Origin: Hypanus sabinus
Lineage: Eukaryota
DNA: 64,000 nucleotides
Reading direction: 5' to 3'
Assembly (NCBI RefSeq): GCF_030144855.1
Contig: NC_082719.1
Span: forward strand, 67,208,001 to 67,272,000
Shown: piece after piece, positions 25,105-38,460 of the stretch
Position numbering within the stretch: the stretch's first letter is position 1
How the letters are laid out: each line of letters starts with the position of its first letter
Notes under the pieces: generated by a model
Database searches by the model: none
Told to the model about the DNA's origin: nothing
Seen by the model: only the letters and a program-made list of their open reading frames with translations
Translations under genes and position numbers: made by a program

Positions 25105-26530
25105 CGAACAAAGGAAAATCTGCAGTGGTTAGAAATCCAAGCAACACACACACAAAATGCTGGAGGAAGTCAGCAGGCCAGGTGACATCTGTGTAAAAGA
25201 GTACAGTCAATGTTTAGGCCGAGACCCTTCGGCAGGACTGGAGAAAAAAAAGACGAGTCAGAGTTTGAAGGTGGGAGGAGGGGAGGAGGAACCACAAGGT
25301 GATAGGTGACACTGGGAAGGGGGAGGAGTGAAGCAAAGAGCTGGGAAGTTGATTGGTGAAGGAGAAACAGGGCTGGAGAAGAGGGAGTCTGATAGGAGAG
25401 GACAGAAGGCCATGGAAGATAGAAAAGGAGGGGGAGCACCAGAGGCAGACGATGGGCAGGAAGGAGATAAAGTGAGAGACGGAAATCGGAATGGTGTGGG
25501 GGGGGGGGGGGCATTGCTGGAGGTTCGAGAAATCAATGTTCATGCCATCAGGTTGGAGGCTACCCAGACAGAATATCAGTGTGGTGAACTATGTGCCTGT
25601 CTGGACACGCCCCCTGCTGACTGCTCCTGTGGCTCCTCCCACAGGCCCCTGTATAAAGGCGATCTGAGGCCTGACGCTCGGCCTCAGTCTCCAGGACATA
25701 GTATGATGGACACTCACTCCTGGTTCCTTCTTCCAGTCAATAAAAGCCGATATCTCGCCTTATGTCTCAGTGTGAGTTATTGATGGTGCATCAATCAGGT
25801 GTTGCTCCTCCAACCTGAGTGTGGACTCATTGCAACAGTAGAGAGGCCATGGATTGACATATTGAAATGGGAATGGGAAGTGGAATTAAAATGGGCAGCC
25901 ACTGGGAGATCCTGCTTTTCCCGCTGGATGGAGCATAGATCTCAGTGAAGCGGTCTCCCAATCTACATCGGGTCTCACTGATATACAGGAGCCCACACTG
26001 GGAACACCGGACACAGTGTACGACCCCAACAGACCCACAGTTGAAGTGTAGCCTCACCTGAGGGCAGGATGGAAGTTGGAGGCAAAGTGGATGAAGTTGA
26101 CAAGCTCGGCATGGGTGCAGGAAGCAGCACCAATACCGTTGTTGATGTAGCGTGGGTAAAGTCGGGGAGTGACACCAGTGTAGGCTTGAAACATAGACTG
26201 TTCCACAGATCCAACAAAAAGGCAGGTATAGCGGGGACCCATGCGAGTGCCCATGGCTATATCTTCTGTTTGAAGGAAGTGGGGAGGAGCCAAAGGGGAA
26301 ATTATTGAGTGTGAGGACCAGTTCTGCCAGGAGGGGGTGAGAGGTGGTGGCTGGGTCTGGTGTCTAGAAGGAAACGGAGAGATTTAAGGCCTTTCTGATG
26401 GGAGATGGATTGTATAAGTATTCAACAGCCATAGTGATCGGGCTAGGGAATTTGAAATCATTGAAGAGATCAAGAACATGTGAAATGCCATGGATGTAGG
26501 TAGGAAAGGTCTGAACCAGGGGGATGACAC
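25105..26530 (-). mobile_element. Penelope-like element (RT fragment, GIY-YIG, pseudo-LTR) with nested solo LTR
   Basis: HFLQTEDIAMGTRMGPRYTCLFVG..RYINN (PLE RT motif); VVHCVRCSQCGLLYISET. Confidence 0.85.
25580..25793 (+). mobile_element. Solo LTR (214 bp), 5-bp TSD
   Basis: TG...CA termini; ATCAG at 25575-25579 and 25794-25798; TATAAA at 25652 and AATAAA at 25739. Confidence 0.88.
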
Positions 26531-26819
26531 TGAGTTAAGGTATGCAGATGTGTTTCTTCACTTCTATTCTAGTCAAAACTGGCGCTGGATCATTTATCCC
26601 ATTCATTTGAACCCAGGATGTCTTCAGGGAGCAGTGTCTCAGAAAGGCAACATCCTTTACTAAGGACCTCCAGCACCTGCTGAGTTCCTCCAGCATTTTG
26701 TGCCTGTTGCTTGGATTTCCAGCATCTCCAAATTTTTTCATTTTTTGTCACAAAGCCTTGTAAGTTGGGAAGTAGATTTAAAGGGAGGAGGAGAGACAGT
26801 GAGATGGAGAGGGAATGCC

Positions 26820-27400
26820 AAAACCAGCCATTTTAATTCCACTTCCCACCCCTATTCTGGCATATCCATCCACGGTCTCCTCTCCTGTCATGATGAGGCC
26901 ACACTCAGGCTGGAGGAGCAACACCTTATATTCTGTCTGGGTAGCCTCCAACCTGATGGCATGAATATCAATTTCTCAATCTCTAGTAATGCCCCCCCCC
27001 CTCAGTTCCCCATTCCCCACCCCCTTTTCCCTCTCTCACTTTATTTCCTTGCCTGCCCAAAGCATTCCTCTGGTGCTCCTCCTTTTCCCTCTTCCATGGC
27101 CTTCTCTCCTGTCAGATTCTCCCTTCTCCAGACCTGTATCTCTGTCACCAATTGACTTCCCTGCTCTTTGCCTCACTCCTCCCCCCTCCCCGTTTCAACT
27201 ATCACCTTGTGTTACTCCCTCCCCTCCCCCACCCTCTAACCCTGACTCCTTATCTCTTTTCCTCCAGTCCTGCTGAAGGGTCTCAGCTCGAAACGTCGAC
27301 TGTACTCTTCTCCATGGATGCTTCCTGGCCTGCTGAGTTCCTCCAGCATTTTGTGTGTGTGTGTGGCTTTGGACTTCCAGCATCTGCAGTTTTTCTCAGA
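26820..27400 (+). mobile_element. Penelope-like 3' fragment
   Basis: SHFNSTSHPYSGISIHGLL..LEEQHLIFCLGSLQPDGMN, followed by a pyrimidine tract and the terminus. Confidence 0.85.
27265..27302 (+). ncRNA. Minimal type I hammerhead-ribozyme motif in a PLE pseudo-LTR
   Basis: cagtc-CTGCTGA-agggtctcagctc-GAAAC-GTC-gactg. Stem I is cagtc/gactg; the core is a CUGAUGA variant; helix III is the palindromic ACGU. Confidence 0.65.
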
Positions 27401-27569
27401 ATCAGTTTTAATATCACTGACATACGTTGTGAAATGTGTTGTTTTGCAGTAGCAGTACCTTGGAATACATAATAAAAAACAAAATTTACAGAAATACACA
27501 TAAAAATTAAAATTAAACATGTATTGCAAAGAGAGAGTAATAAAAGAAAAAGAATTGTTAGATAGTGTA

Positions 27570-29010
27570 ACACGAGTGAATCTGCAGATGCCGGAAATAA
27601 ATAAAAACACAAAATGCTGGCAGAACTCTGCAGGCCAGACAGCATCTATGGGAAGAGGTAGTGACAACGTTTCAAGCCGAAACCCTTCATCAGGAGTGAA
27701 GTAACATGGGATGGTTGAGGGGGGATAAGAAGTAGGGGGAGGGATGAGGTAGAGAGCTGGGAAGTGATAGGCTGGAGGAAAATGGGCTAGGCGGAAGGTG
27801 GAGAATTATGGGAAATAAAAGAGAAAGAAAGGTAGGGCTGGGGGGAGAGATTATAGTAAGGGGGGGGAAAGAGAGAGAAAGAGAACCAGACTAAAATAAT
27901 AGATAGGGATGGGGGTAAGGTGGTGGCAGGGGTATCAATGGAGGTCTGGGAGTTGGATGTTCATGCCGGCAGGTAGGAGGCTACCTAGGCGGGAGATAAG
28001 GTATTGCTCCATCGACCTGCGTGTGACCTCATCTTGATGGTAGAGGAGGGCATGGACAGACATATCGGAGTGAGAGTGGTCTGTGGAATTGAAGTGTGTG
28101 GCCACAGGGAGATCCCACCACTGCTGGAGGACTGAGCGCCGGTGTTCGGTGAAATGGTCTCCCAGTCTGCGGCGGGTCTCCCCAATGTATAAATGGCCAC
28201 ATCGGGAGCACCGGATACAGTATATCACCCCAGTTGACTCACAGGTGAAGTGGTGCCTCACCTGAAAGGACTGTCTGGGGCCTGGGATGGTGGTGAGGGA
28301 AGAAGTGTGGGGGCAGGTGTAACACTTCTTCCGTTTGCAGGGATGAGTGCCCAGAGGGAGGTCCGTGGGGAGGGATGGGGGTGATGAATGGACAAGCGAA
28401 TTGCATAGGGTGCGATCCCTGCAGAATGCCGAGAGTGGGGGTGGGGGGTAGGGAAAGATGTGGCTGGTGGTGGGATCATGTAGGAGGTGGCGGAAGTTAC
28501 GGAGGATTATACGTTGGATCTGTAAGCTGGTAGGGTGATAGGTGAGGACCAGGGGGACTGTATCCCTGGTGGGCTGGCGGGGGGATGGGGTGAGGACAGA
28601 GGTGCGTGAAATACGGGAGACGCGATGGGGGGCAGAGTTGATAGTGGACGAAGGGAAGCCCCTTTCTTTAAAAAAGGAAGACATCTCCTTTGTCCTAGAA
28701 TGAAAGGCCTCATCCTGAGAGCAGATGCAGCGGAGGCGGAGGAATTGAGAGAAAGGGATAGCATTTTTGCAGGAGACAGGGTGGGAGGAGGAATAGTCCA
28801 GGTACGTGTGGGAGTTAGTAGGTTTGTAGTAGACATCGGTGGATAGGCTGTCTCCAGAGATAGAAACAGAAAGATCTAGAAAGGGGAGGGAGGTGTTGGA
28901 AATAGACCAGGTGAATTTGAGGGCAAGTTGGAGGCAAAGTTAATGAAGTCGACGAGCTCAGCATATGTGCAGGAAGCAGCACTGATGCAGTCGTCAATAT
29001 AGCGCAAATA
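27570..29010 (-). mobile_element. 5'-truncated Penelope-like element with 11-bp TSD, inserted in a Rex1-type copy (27395-29300)
   Basis: 249-aa ORF 27935-28684 (FKERGFP..PLVLTYHP..CKRKKCYTCP..VIYCIRCSRCGHLYIGET); RYIDD near 29000; TAGATAGTGTA at 27559-27569 and 29011-29021. Confidence 0.92.
27662..27698 (-). ncRNA. Hammerhead motif with intact CUGAUGA core
   Basis: Reverse complement reads cactcCTGATGAagggtttcggcttGAAACGTTgtca. Confidence 0.6.
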
Positions 29011-29309
29011 TAGATAGTGTACCTGGGTTTATTGTCCATTCAGAAATCTGAAGGCAATGAGGAAGAAGCTGTCCTAAAATGCCTTCAGGCTCCCAAATCT
29101 CCTTTTAGATGGAAGCAGTGAAAAGAGGGCATTTCCTGCGTGAATGGGTTACTTAATGACATATGCCACCTTATTGAGGCATCACCTTCTGAAGGTGTCC
29201 TCTAGGATGGAGTTTGCAACTTGCTGCAGCTTTTTCCAGTCCTGTGCAGTGGCCCCTCCACACCAGACAGTGATGCAACCAGTTAGAATGCTCTCCATGG
29301 GGATTATGA

Positions 29310-29555
29310 TGGTAACTTCTTCACTCAGTGCGTGGTGGCAGTGTGGAACGAGCTACCTGTGCAAGAGATGGACACAGGGCTAATTGCAACATTTGAGAGA
29401 AATTTGGGTGGATACAAGGATGAAAGGGGTATACAAGGCTCTGGTCCAGGTGAAGGACGATGGGTCTAGGCATGTTAATGGTTCAGCACAGACAAGATGG
29501 GCCAAAGGGCCTGTTTCTATGTATAGTGTTCTATGACTCTATGACTCTATGACTT
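29310..29555 (+). mobile_element. CR1 3' end with (CTATGA)n tail
   Basis: 'aacttcttcactcag..gtgtggaacgagct' followed by ctatgactctatgactctatgact. Confidence 0.7.
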
Positions 29556-31254
29556 ACCAAGTCTCCTTAAACACCTAATGAAATATAGCCTCTGTCATGC
29601 CTTCTTTGTAATTGTATCAATGTTCTGGGCTCGGGATGGATCTCAGAGATGTTGGGTAGGTGGAATCTTTAATTATGCTGGCTGCTTTACTGAGGAAGTG
29701 AGATGTGTAAACAGAAACATAGTGGAGACTACAGTGACAGTGGTTGGAAGGTAGAACTGTACTCCATCAGAAAGTATGTGATGACCTACTGAATTATGTA
29801 CACAAATGATATTACTGAGAACCCGCATATGAGCAAGCTAAGGAAAGATAGATGCACCACAGAATATGGATAGTGTGATATTCTTCCTCATCTGTAGCAC
29901 ACTTTAGAACAATTTACATTAATCCACTGAATCTTTTTTGCCTTGTTTCAGCAGTTTTCAAATAAAAACCCTCTCAGAAAAGTAGAAGGAACCAAGCATC
30001 TACCTGGTAGTAACTCCCAGGTTATGTAGACAGCTCCAGTGACTGTGCAATTTTAAATGCTAATAGCAAATGTACAATGAATGAAATTTTGCAAAAGTCA
30101 GCATGATGTTGCAAGAATGCTCTGCACAACACAAAATCATTGGCTGCATTATTCTATGAAAATCGGTTAAATAGGCTGGACAATCTCACACAGAACTTGC
30201 ATAGTATCCACCATGAAATGGGTTCTGATCAAATACCAAGATTAAAGTCCTTATCCACTGATTGACCGATAACCCAACACTAAAGAATTCACCACTAACA
30301 CACAAATATTTCTCTCTTCAGAGAATTTTAAAAATTCGGTTCGCATTAATGCATTTGCATTAGCCAGAGGTACTGTGGGTTGCATTTAGAGGGGATTGAT
30401 TCTATGATGCAATGGTATGTGGACTGTATAACATCAAATCATTGGCCCCTCTGCAAAGAGAAGCAGGCGGATAGGATGGAAAGATTTTCACTTCATCCTC
30501 ATTGAATTTACATATCTGCCTATGTGACAATCTAGTAATCAGAAACCATAATTTAAATTTTTGCACTGTGTCTCACATCAAATTCAATCTTATAATGCTT
30601 GACTCACAGCGGAGAATGATACCAGATAGTTCATTCATTTCTTCATTCAGCATGATTCCCCTAATTATCTATTATTCTTTTATTTGTCAGTCAAACACAG
30701 TCATTCTGAATGTCAAATTAGCATGAAGTTCCTTTGTTAACAAATAATATTGTGCTGCAACTGCCCAAAGCAAATCCCATCAGTTTTCATATTCATCAGG
30801 TGCTTAAGGATTAATCATTTTCAAAAGAAAAGTACTCACACAGGATAAATATTGGAACAGTATTTTAGCTATGAAGGCACACCAGACCCTAAATAAACTC
30901 AAATATATTATTTCCATATCATTTTTTCAGTTTAGTTTCCATTTTTATTTCCATAGCTGCAAATGTTGGGAGCTGTTATGATTTCCTGTTCTGCAGATAT
31001 CAGCATCATCTTATCCTCTCCTGGGGCAAAAAAGGGAACAAGCAGCTCTATTTACAGCAAAGAATAACATTGTTGTGGGAAGTGACATACAGATAAATAG
31101 TTTTTACAAGCAAACAACTAACAGACGGGAAGGACATGCAGTGGGCCGGTCAGTGGAAATATCTGCCACTTTCTTTTACACAGTTTATAAATCAGCACTG
31201 AACATGTCACTTAATGGAAATAGATAGAAAAAACATAGAAAAATATCACTTCAA

Positions 31255-31981
31255 TTCCAATCCCGATGAAGGGTCTCAGCCCGAAATGTTGACTGTTTAT
31301 TGCTCTCCATAGATGCTGACTGAGCTGTTGAGTTCTGCCAGCACTTTGAGCGTGTTGCACAAGTTTTCCAGCATCTGCAGAATCGTGTGTGCTTACGATA
31401 CATGATTAAAGCTTACTCCAAATGAAAGTGTCAGAGCTCTGCATGATTCCTGTGTGCAGCCAGTGCTGACCATTACTGGAGCACTCACGAGGCAAGAGAT
31501 ACTGCAATCTGGAACAAACAAACTAGAGAAACTCTGTGGCTCAGAAAGCATCAGTGTTTAGGGTCAAACCCTGCATTAGGACCGAGAATGAAGAGGGAGA
31601 GTGCTTCCTTTAAAGAGGTGAGGGGGTGTGTTGAGACAGGAGCCAGTAGGCAATGAGTGGATCAAGATGACGAGCAAAAGGAGCTGTATAGAGGGAGCTA
31701 CAGAGGTGTAGAGTTGGATGGTGGAGGATGAAGCACACAATGAAACAGAATGGTAGATGGAGACACTTAGGGGGAGGAGAAGCTGAAGGTCGAGGCAGAG
31801 GTGGGAGGGTGATAAGCGGGGATGTAAAAATTGCAAGGTGAGTGAGAAAGGTGATAATGAAAACCATTAAGGGAGGAATAAAGGATAAATAGGGGAGGGG
31901 ATACGGTAAGTGAAGTGTACGAGTAGCAGATGGATGAAACCAGGAGGGTAATGGGGGTCAGAGGGGAAGGTACGGGGAAGG
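31255..31981. mobile_element. PLE terminus (+, ~31255-31395) and a degenerate PLE terminus with purine tract (-, ~31480-31981)
   Basis: 'gatgaagggtctcagcccgaaatgttgactg..catagatgctg'; purine-rich tract typical of the PLE copies. Confidence 0.6.
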
Positions 31982-32140
31982 NNNNNNNNNNNNNNNNNNN
32001 NNNNNNNNNNNNNNNNNNNNNNNNNNNNNNNNNNNNNNNNNNNNNNNNNNNNNNNNNNNNNNNNNNNNNNNNNNNNNNNNNNNNNNNNNNNNNNNNNNNN
32101 NNNNNNNNNNNNNNNNNNNNNNNNNNNNNNNNNNNNNNNN
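31982..32140. other. Assembly gap (N run)
   Basis: Run of N bases. Confidence 1.
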
Positions 32141-33501
32141 ATCAGGAACCCTTAACTTCTGTTTTCCTCTATCACTCTTTCTCCAATGGCAGCACAAGTT
32201 CCTTGATATCTTCCAGTGGAGAGAAGCAGAGATGCATTCCATCCAGGGGGGAGGGAGACTCTCTAAATGCACTGGGTCCAGATCAATGTCAGGAGTCAAG
32301 GTTCATGCGGCCTAATCCAGTGAACAAGAGATTTGATGACTTTACTTTTCAAAGTTGACAGTACATTTATCATCAAAGTATGTATACTATAACAACCTTG
32401 AGGTTTGTCTCCTTCCAAGCAGCCACAAAACAAAGAACGGTCGAAGTTAGTGAATGAATTGCTCATTGCCACAACCCACACCAGCCCAGGATATTGCTCA
32501 ATGTAGCATTACTCTTACATGCATCTGCAAACAATTTCTATCAGGGAGTACTCATGCTTACCACTTGCAGGACCATGTCACCTTTGTATTGTACATAAAA
32601 GAACTGGTATGAATCTTGTGTTCAAATCCTGCCTACTCCTAATTCTTTGACATTTGCAAAGCTTTAAGTGGATGAAAATAGGAATTCAGCAAGTTACCAA
32701 TCTGGAGGTCTTGTGAAGTATTGCAGTTGATAAATAAATTAACAAAAACACATTGTAACATTGTACTTCCTATAAATATACTTGAGGGGAAGTTAGTTTG
32801 TTATAAATAATAATACAATGTGAACAGCCTGCTGTTGGGTTTTTGTGAACAAGACATGAGGGAGTAAGTTTCATGTAATTGTGCTTTAAGTTTCTGTGCT
32901 TTACATAGCCCAGCCCAGGATGCCAATGCCAAACAGCAACTGTGATCCCTGAAGTAGGAACTCTCCTGAAACTGGAACAAAGAGCAAAGTTGTAATTGAA
33001 AGCATCATTTAAAAGATCAATATGGGAAAAGTGTTAAATGTTGCCGAGGAAACGGATGAATCAGCACCTCCAGTCTAAGATAAAGCAAGAATGCCTTCCC
33101 CTTCACAGGAAAAGATAAACTTGCAGCTTTAGTCTCAGGTTTCTGTGTCAGAGTAGACTAACAATCAGTGGCAATGAAAGTGCTACCGAAACCCATTTGG
33201 CAGATAACTTGTGTCTACATGCAAGGAGGAGTTGTTTGCATACAATCAGCCTGTAACTATGATGGTATGTCTCTGTTGATAGAAGGGGCTATAAAGGCAC
33301 CGAGTAATGATATAAGTGTTTCTGGTGTCTGGCTAGGAGTTGTTGTCAAGGGGAAGGCACTCCCTCGGTGACACATACAGGTGATTGATAAGAGTAATGT
33401 ATTGGAGGAGAAGGTCATGGCTTTCACAATATTTTATGTGCTTAGAGTATCTACCTGAAACCTCTACATATCAAGAACATATACAGCTCTCTCCCCCTCT
33501 C

Positions 33502-33720
33502 CNNNNNNNNNNNNNNNNNNNNNNNNNNNNNNNNNNNNNNNNNNNNNNNNNNNNNNNNNNNNNNNNNNNNNNNNNNNNNNNNNNNNNNNNNNNNNNNNNN
33601 NNNNNNNNNNNNNNNNNNNNNNNNNNNNNNNNNNNNNNNNNNNNNNNNNNNNNNNNNNNNNNNNNNNNNNNNNNNNNNNNNNNNNNNNNNNNNNNNNNNN
33701 NNNNNNNNNNNNNNNNNNNN
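33502..33720. other. Assembly gap (N run)
   Basis: Run of N bases. Confidence 1.
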
Positions 33721-34165
33721 CGATAATTGTTCCTTTCAGTCAGTTAGTGGGGTTTGAGGACTCCTCAGAAAGGAACAACGTGTGCGTGAGTGGATTTTAG
33801 GTGAGTAGGGGATTGCACAGGTCCTGACCCACCTTCGTGACATCCCCTCCCAGATCCAGCGGCATGGTGGGGTCCAAGACAGCTGGGGGCAAGTTCTGTT
33901 GCGGTGAATAGCCAGACCAAGCTTCGATGCAAAGGATGCCCTTTCCGTGCTTCATGGCACGTGTTTGCTGGATGGCCGTTGACCCTACGAGAGGGTTCAT
34001 CAGCCCTTTGACAGGTCTTGTTTTCCATCCTGCAGGGTGTCTAGCCACCACCCTCGCCAGGCAAGCCTGGTGGGGGAGCCGATTTAGTCGCCAACCACCC
34101 AACCATGCGACAGGTAGTACTGGGTTACATGGTGCCAGTAGCACTCAGACGAGTGGCCTGGCTGC
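33721..34165 (-). mobile_element. GC-rich 5' region of an RTE-like retroelement
   Basis: GC/CpG-rich block resembling RTE/Expander 5' UTRs; no RT is visible before the gap. Confidence 0.4.
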
Positions 34166-35099
34166 ACTAAAACCATTTTAAACCACATCATAAAGCTGTT
34201 CACACTGCTGGTATTGATATATTTATGTACATTTTATTCCATATCCATACTTTAATCACTAACTTTATTTCTTATACATAATTTTTCATTCTTTATAATT
34301 TTGAAAGTTGATTTTTTTTGTTGAATGTTGTGCCCTGACCAATACACTGTGGCAACTTCCTAATACACGTAAATGTATGTGGTGAATAAAGATGTTCTTC
34401 GGTCCTCGTTCCTTACCATAAGAAAAGGGAGCAGGAGTAAGCTCTTAAACCCCTAATGATGCTCTGCCATTCAGTAAAATTATGGCTGATCTTTTACCTT
34501 TCTTGCTGTAACTCAATATCACTCAGTTCTCATCATATCTAAGAATCTATCAATTCTGTTCCAGAATATATCAAATAGTAAGTCTCTGCAGCCTAAATTT
34601 GGAGAGAATTCAGAAGATTCATCACTCTCTGGTTGAAAATAACCCATCATCTTATATTCTGCTGGGTAGTCTACAACCCAATGGCATAAATAATGAGTTT
34701 TCCACTTTCAGGTTAACACCCCCGCTTTTCTATTTTACCTCTTCCATTCTGCCCTCCCACTCTCATTCCCTCTCCCACTTTCTGATTGTCCGACCTTTCC
34801 ATTTTTGTCCCACTTCCACCTTTCCACCAGCCCATATCATCCATCTTTGTCCATCCATTTTCCCCTCCACTTCCTCCTAAAAATTCTGAGCATTGAATTT
34901 TGTATAATGTGATCATATCTCATTTTTCTTTAAATAACATCATTGTAGAGTGGGAGCCATTTGAAAATAGCAAGTCTTGTGGTGCAAGTCTTTGAACTAG
35001 TGAATGAGAGAGAGCTATTGGGGAGAAAGCAGATCTTGTCAGGAGTGAATATTGATTTGAGTTGATGCAAGAGGGAGTGTTTCAGAGACAGATCACAAA

Positions 35100-35700
35100 A
35101 ACTGGAAGGCAGTTGCTTGCAGAGATGTTTGCTGTGCTAATCAGGGAAGTTAAACTAGCATGGCAGAGTGGTTAGGAGCAGAACAACCAGGACTAAAGGG
35201 AAGTTGGATGTTGGGTAGAGCAGGCAGAATGGGACAGGCAGGGCCAGGTTAATGAGCATGGTGGGTTCGATGGGCTGAAATGTACTCTCTTCAATACAAG
35301 TAGTATGAATGAAGAAGATGAACTAAGGAACTGGATTGACACATGGAATAACGACGTTTTTAGCCATTACAGAGACTTGGTTGAGAGAAGTTCAGGACTG
35401 GCAGTTCAACATGCTAGTGTTTAGATGTCTCAGACGTGATAGAGAAGGATGTAAATGTCGTGGGGGGGTTGGGTGGGAACGGGAGCAGTTGCACTTCCAG
35501 AGGACATCCTGAAGAGTTAATTCAGAAAGTGCACAGGAATAAGATTGCTGTCACTATGATGTAGTTGTATTATTGGCCTTCCAAGAGCAGCAGGAGGTAG
35601 AGGAATAAACATTTAAGCAATTTGTCGAGAGAAGTAAAAACAACAAGGTAGGAGGAATAGGTAACTTTAATATCCACAAAACTGATTTGGACTTCACTTG
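35100..35700 (+). mobile_element. CR1 APE-endonuclease fragment
   Basis: LAITETWL at ~35360; 'GGGV'; GNFN. Confidence 0.65.
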
Positions 35701-37690
35701 CAAGCTTGTCGTGGTCATCTACTGTACCCAGTATTCCCAGTGCAGCTTTCTCTCTACCAGTGAGACCTGACGTCGATTGGTGTATGCTTTGTCAATCATC
35801 TTCACATTGTCCACAACAACGAGAAGGATTTTCCAGTTCCTACCCATTTTAACTCTTCTTCCCATTCCCATTCTGACATTTCAGTCCATGACATCCTTTA
35901 CTGCCATGATGAGGCCAGAATCAGTTTGGCGTAGCAACTCATATTCCGTCTGGGTAGGCTCCAACTCGACAGCATGAACATCAATTTCTCTAGCTCCCAG
36001 TAATTACTTAGCCCCTTTTTTCCCATATCCTATTCTACTTACCCTCTCTCCCTTTAGAATCAGAATCAGGTTTATTATCACAGCATGTGTTATGAAATTT
36101 GTTAACTTAGTAGTGGCAGTTCAATGCAATACATAATATAGAAGATAGTAATAATAATAAATAAATCAATTACTGTATACATATATTGAATAGATTAAAA
36201 ATCATGCAAAAACAGAAGTAATATGTATTTAAAAAATGAGGTAGTGTTCAAGGGTTCAACGTCCATTTAGGAATCGGATGGCAGAGGGGAAGAAGCTGTT
36301 CCTGAATCACTGAGTGTGTGCCTTCAGGCTTCTGTACCTCTTACCTGATGGTAACAATGAGAAAAGGGCATGCCCTGGGTGCTGGAGGTCCTTAATAAGG
36401 GACTTTGCCTTTCTGAGACATCGTTCCCTGAAGATGTCCTGGGTACTTTGTAGGCTAGTACCCAAGATGGAGCTGGATAAATTTACAAACCTCTCCAACT
36501 TCTTTCGGTCCTGTGCAGTAGCCCCTCCATACCAGACAGTGATGCAGCCTGTCAGAATGTTCTCCACTGGACAACTGTAGAAGTTTTTGAGTGTATTTGT
36601 TGACATACCAAATCTCTTCAAACTCCTAATGAAGTATAGGTGCTGTCTTGCCTTCCTTTTAACTGCATCAATATGTTAAGACCAGGTTAGATCCTCAGAG
36701 ATCTTGATATCCAGGAACTTGAAACTGCTCACTCTCTCCACTTCTGGTCCCTCTATGAGGATTGGTATGTGTTCCTTTGTCTTACCCTTCCTGAAGTCCC
36801 CCAATCAGCTCTTTGGTCTTACCGACGTTGAGTAGTTGAATGCTGTGGCACCATTATACTAGTTGGCATATCTCACTCTTGTACGCCCTCTCATCACCAC
36901 CTGAGATTCTACCAACAATGGTTGTATTGTCAGCAAATTTATAGATGGTATTTGAGCTATGCCCAGCCATACAGTCATATGTATAGAGAGAGTAGAGCAG
37001 TGGGCTAAGTACACACCCCTGAGGTGCGCCAGTGTTGATCATCAGCGAGGAGGAGATATTATCATGAATCCACACAGATTGTGTTCTTCTGGTTAGAGAG
37101 TTGAGGATCCAATTGCAGAGGGAGGTACAGAAGCCCAGGTTCTGCAACTTCTCAATCAGGATTTTAGGAATAATGGAATTAAATGTTGTGCTATAGTCAA
37201 TGAACAGCATCCTGACATGTGTGTTTGTGTTGTCCAGGTAGTCTAAAGCCGTGTGAAGAGCCATTGAGATTGCATCTGCTGTTGATTGACCTATTGTGGC
37301 GCTAAGCAATCCTCTTCTCCTCACCTGCCCATCACTTCATGATGGTTCCTCTCTTCCTTCCCCTTCTTCCATGGTTCACTCTTCTCTCCTACTAAATTCC
37401 TTCTTCAATCCCTTTACCTCTTCCGCCTCTCACCTTCAAGCTTCCCCCTTCCCCTACCAATGCACCATGTACCTCACCTCGTCTTATCTATCGTCTATCA
37501 GTTTGTACTCCTTCTCCTCCCCCCACTATCTTATTCTGGCTTCTTCCTCCTTCCTTTCCAGTCCTGATGAAGGGTCTTGGCAATGAAATGTGACTATTTA
37601 TTCATTTCCATAGATGCTGCCTGACCTACTGAGTTCCTCCATATTTTGTGTGTTGCTCTGGATTTCCAGCATCTGTGGAATCTCTTACTC
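35690..37690 (+). mobile_element. Penelope-like fragment split by a Rex1/Babar insertion
   Basis: GIY-YIG remnant at 35700-36000; pyrimidine tract and HHR-bearing terminus resume at ~37300-37690 (CTGATGA at 37564). Confidence 0.75.
36055..37300 (-). mobile_element. Rex1/Babar-type LINE RT fragment
   Basis: [54 protein letters not shown]; (TCTGAT)n tail. Confidence 0.9.
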
Positions 37691-37749
37691 AAGAGGCTTA
37701 GATGGGACAGAATATGACTTCAATCCAAGCTGCTGCCAGTGGAGACTTT

Positions 37750-38035
37750 ATAAACCCTCAGGATCACATGGTTACAAACTCCCTCTTTTTGCTGCACTTA
37801 AACTCTTTGGTATTCTGATTGTACAAAACCTTCTGAGGCCTCTATTCCACTTTTCTTAAATTGTCAAATCCTCCGTTCCCCACTGATTTAAACTTCAGTC
37901 TTTTCCTGTACTTATTAGGTTTTGAGGCCTCTGTCCCTTTTGTGTTTAAACCTTCAGGGCCTCAGTTCCCACTGTCTTGTTTTAACTCTTAGGACTCTTA
38001 TTCTTGTTGTTTTTAAGCTTTCAAGGCTCTGTTAT
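37750..38035 (+). repeat. Degenerate ~30-33 bp minisatellite
   Basis: About 8 diverged units of a tttaaaccttcagggcctctgttccc-like sequence. Confidence 0.5.
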
Positions 38036-38460
38036 TATTGTTAATCTTGATTAATTACAATTGTGTTGGAATGAACAGTTCTAACTGATCAAATTTTGGC
38101 CAGGAATTTTTAACTAATTTCTTAATTTTTCTTGATACTATGGATGAGATTGATAGTTTCTGAAATGTCATTACTAAACTTTAATACATGGTTTCATTAT
38201 TTAAAAATGCATGACATCTTAAAATATATGTCTGACATTTAAATGTATAATTCACGGTGTTTTTCAGAAAATTAGCCACTATATTTTTCATTATGCTGCT
38301 GCTTGATCTTCTTCAGTCTGAAGCAGTTAAAATAAACACTTGTAGGTTGGGAATAAAAGACTACATGTAATTTAATAGCTTCAGTGGGCAGAGGAAAGGC
38401 CATTGATACATAATATCCTGCAGGATATGTGGGTTTCATGAAGCAGGCATTGACTCACAC

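Noticed and set aside
25328-25783. 151-aa ORF
   Set aside because: It is antisense PLE sequence reading into a solo LTR.
31930-33726. ORFs spanning X runs (also near 48.6-48.9 kb)
   Set aside because: They are artefacts of translating through N gaps.
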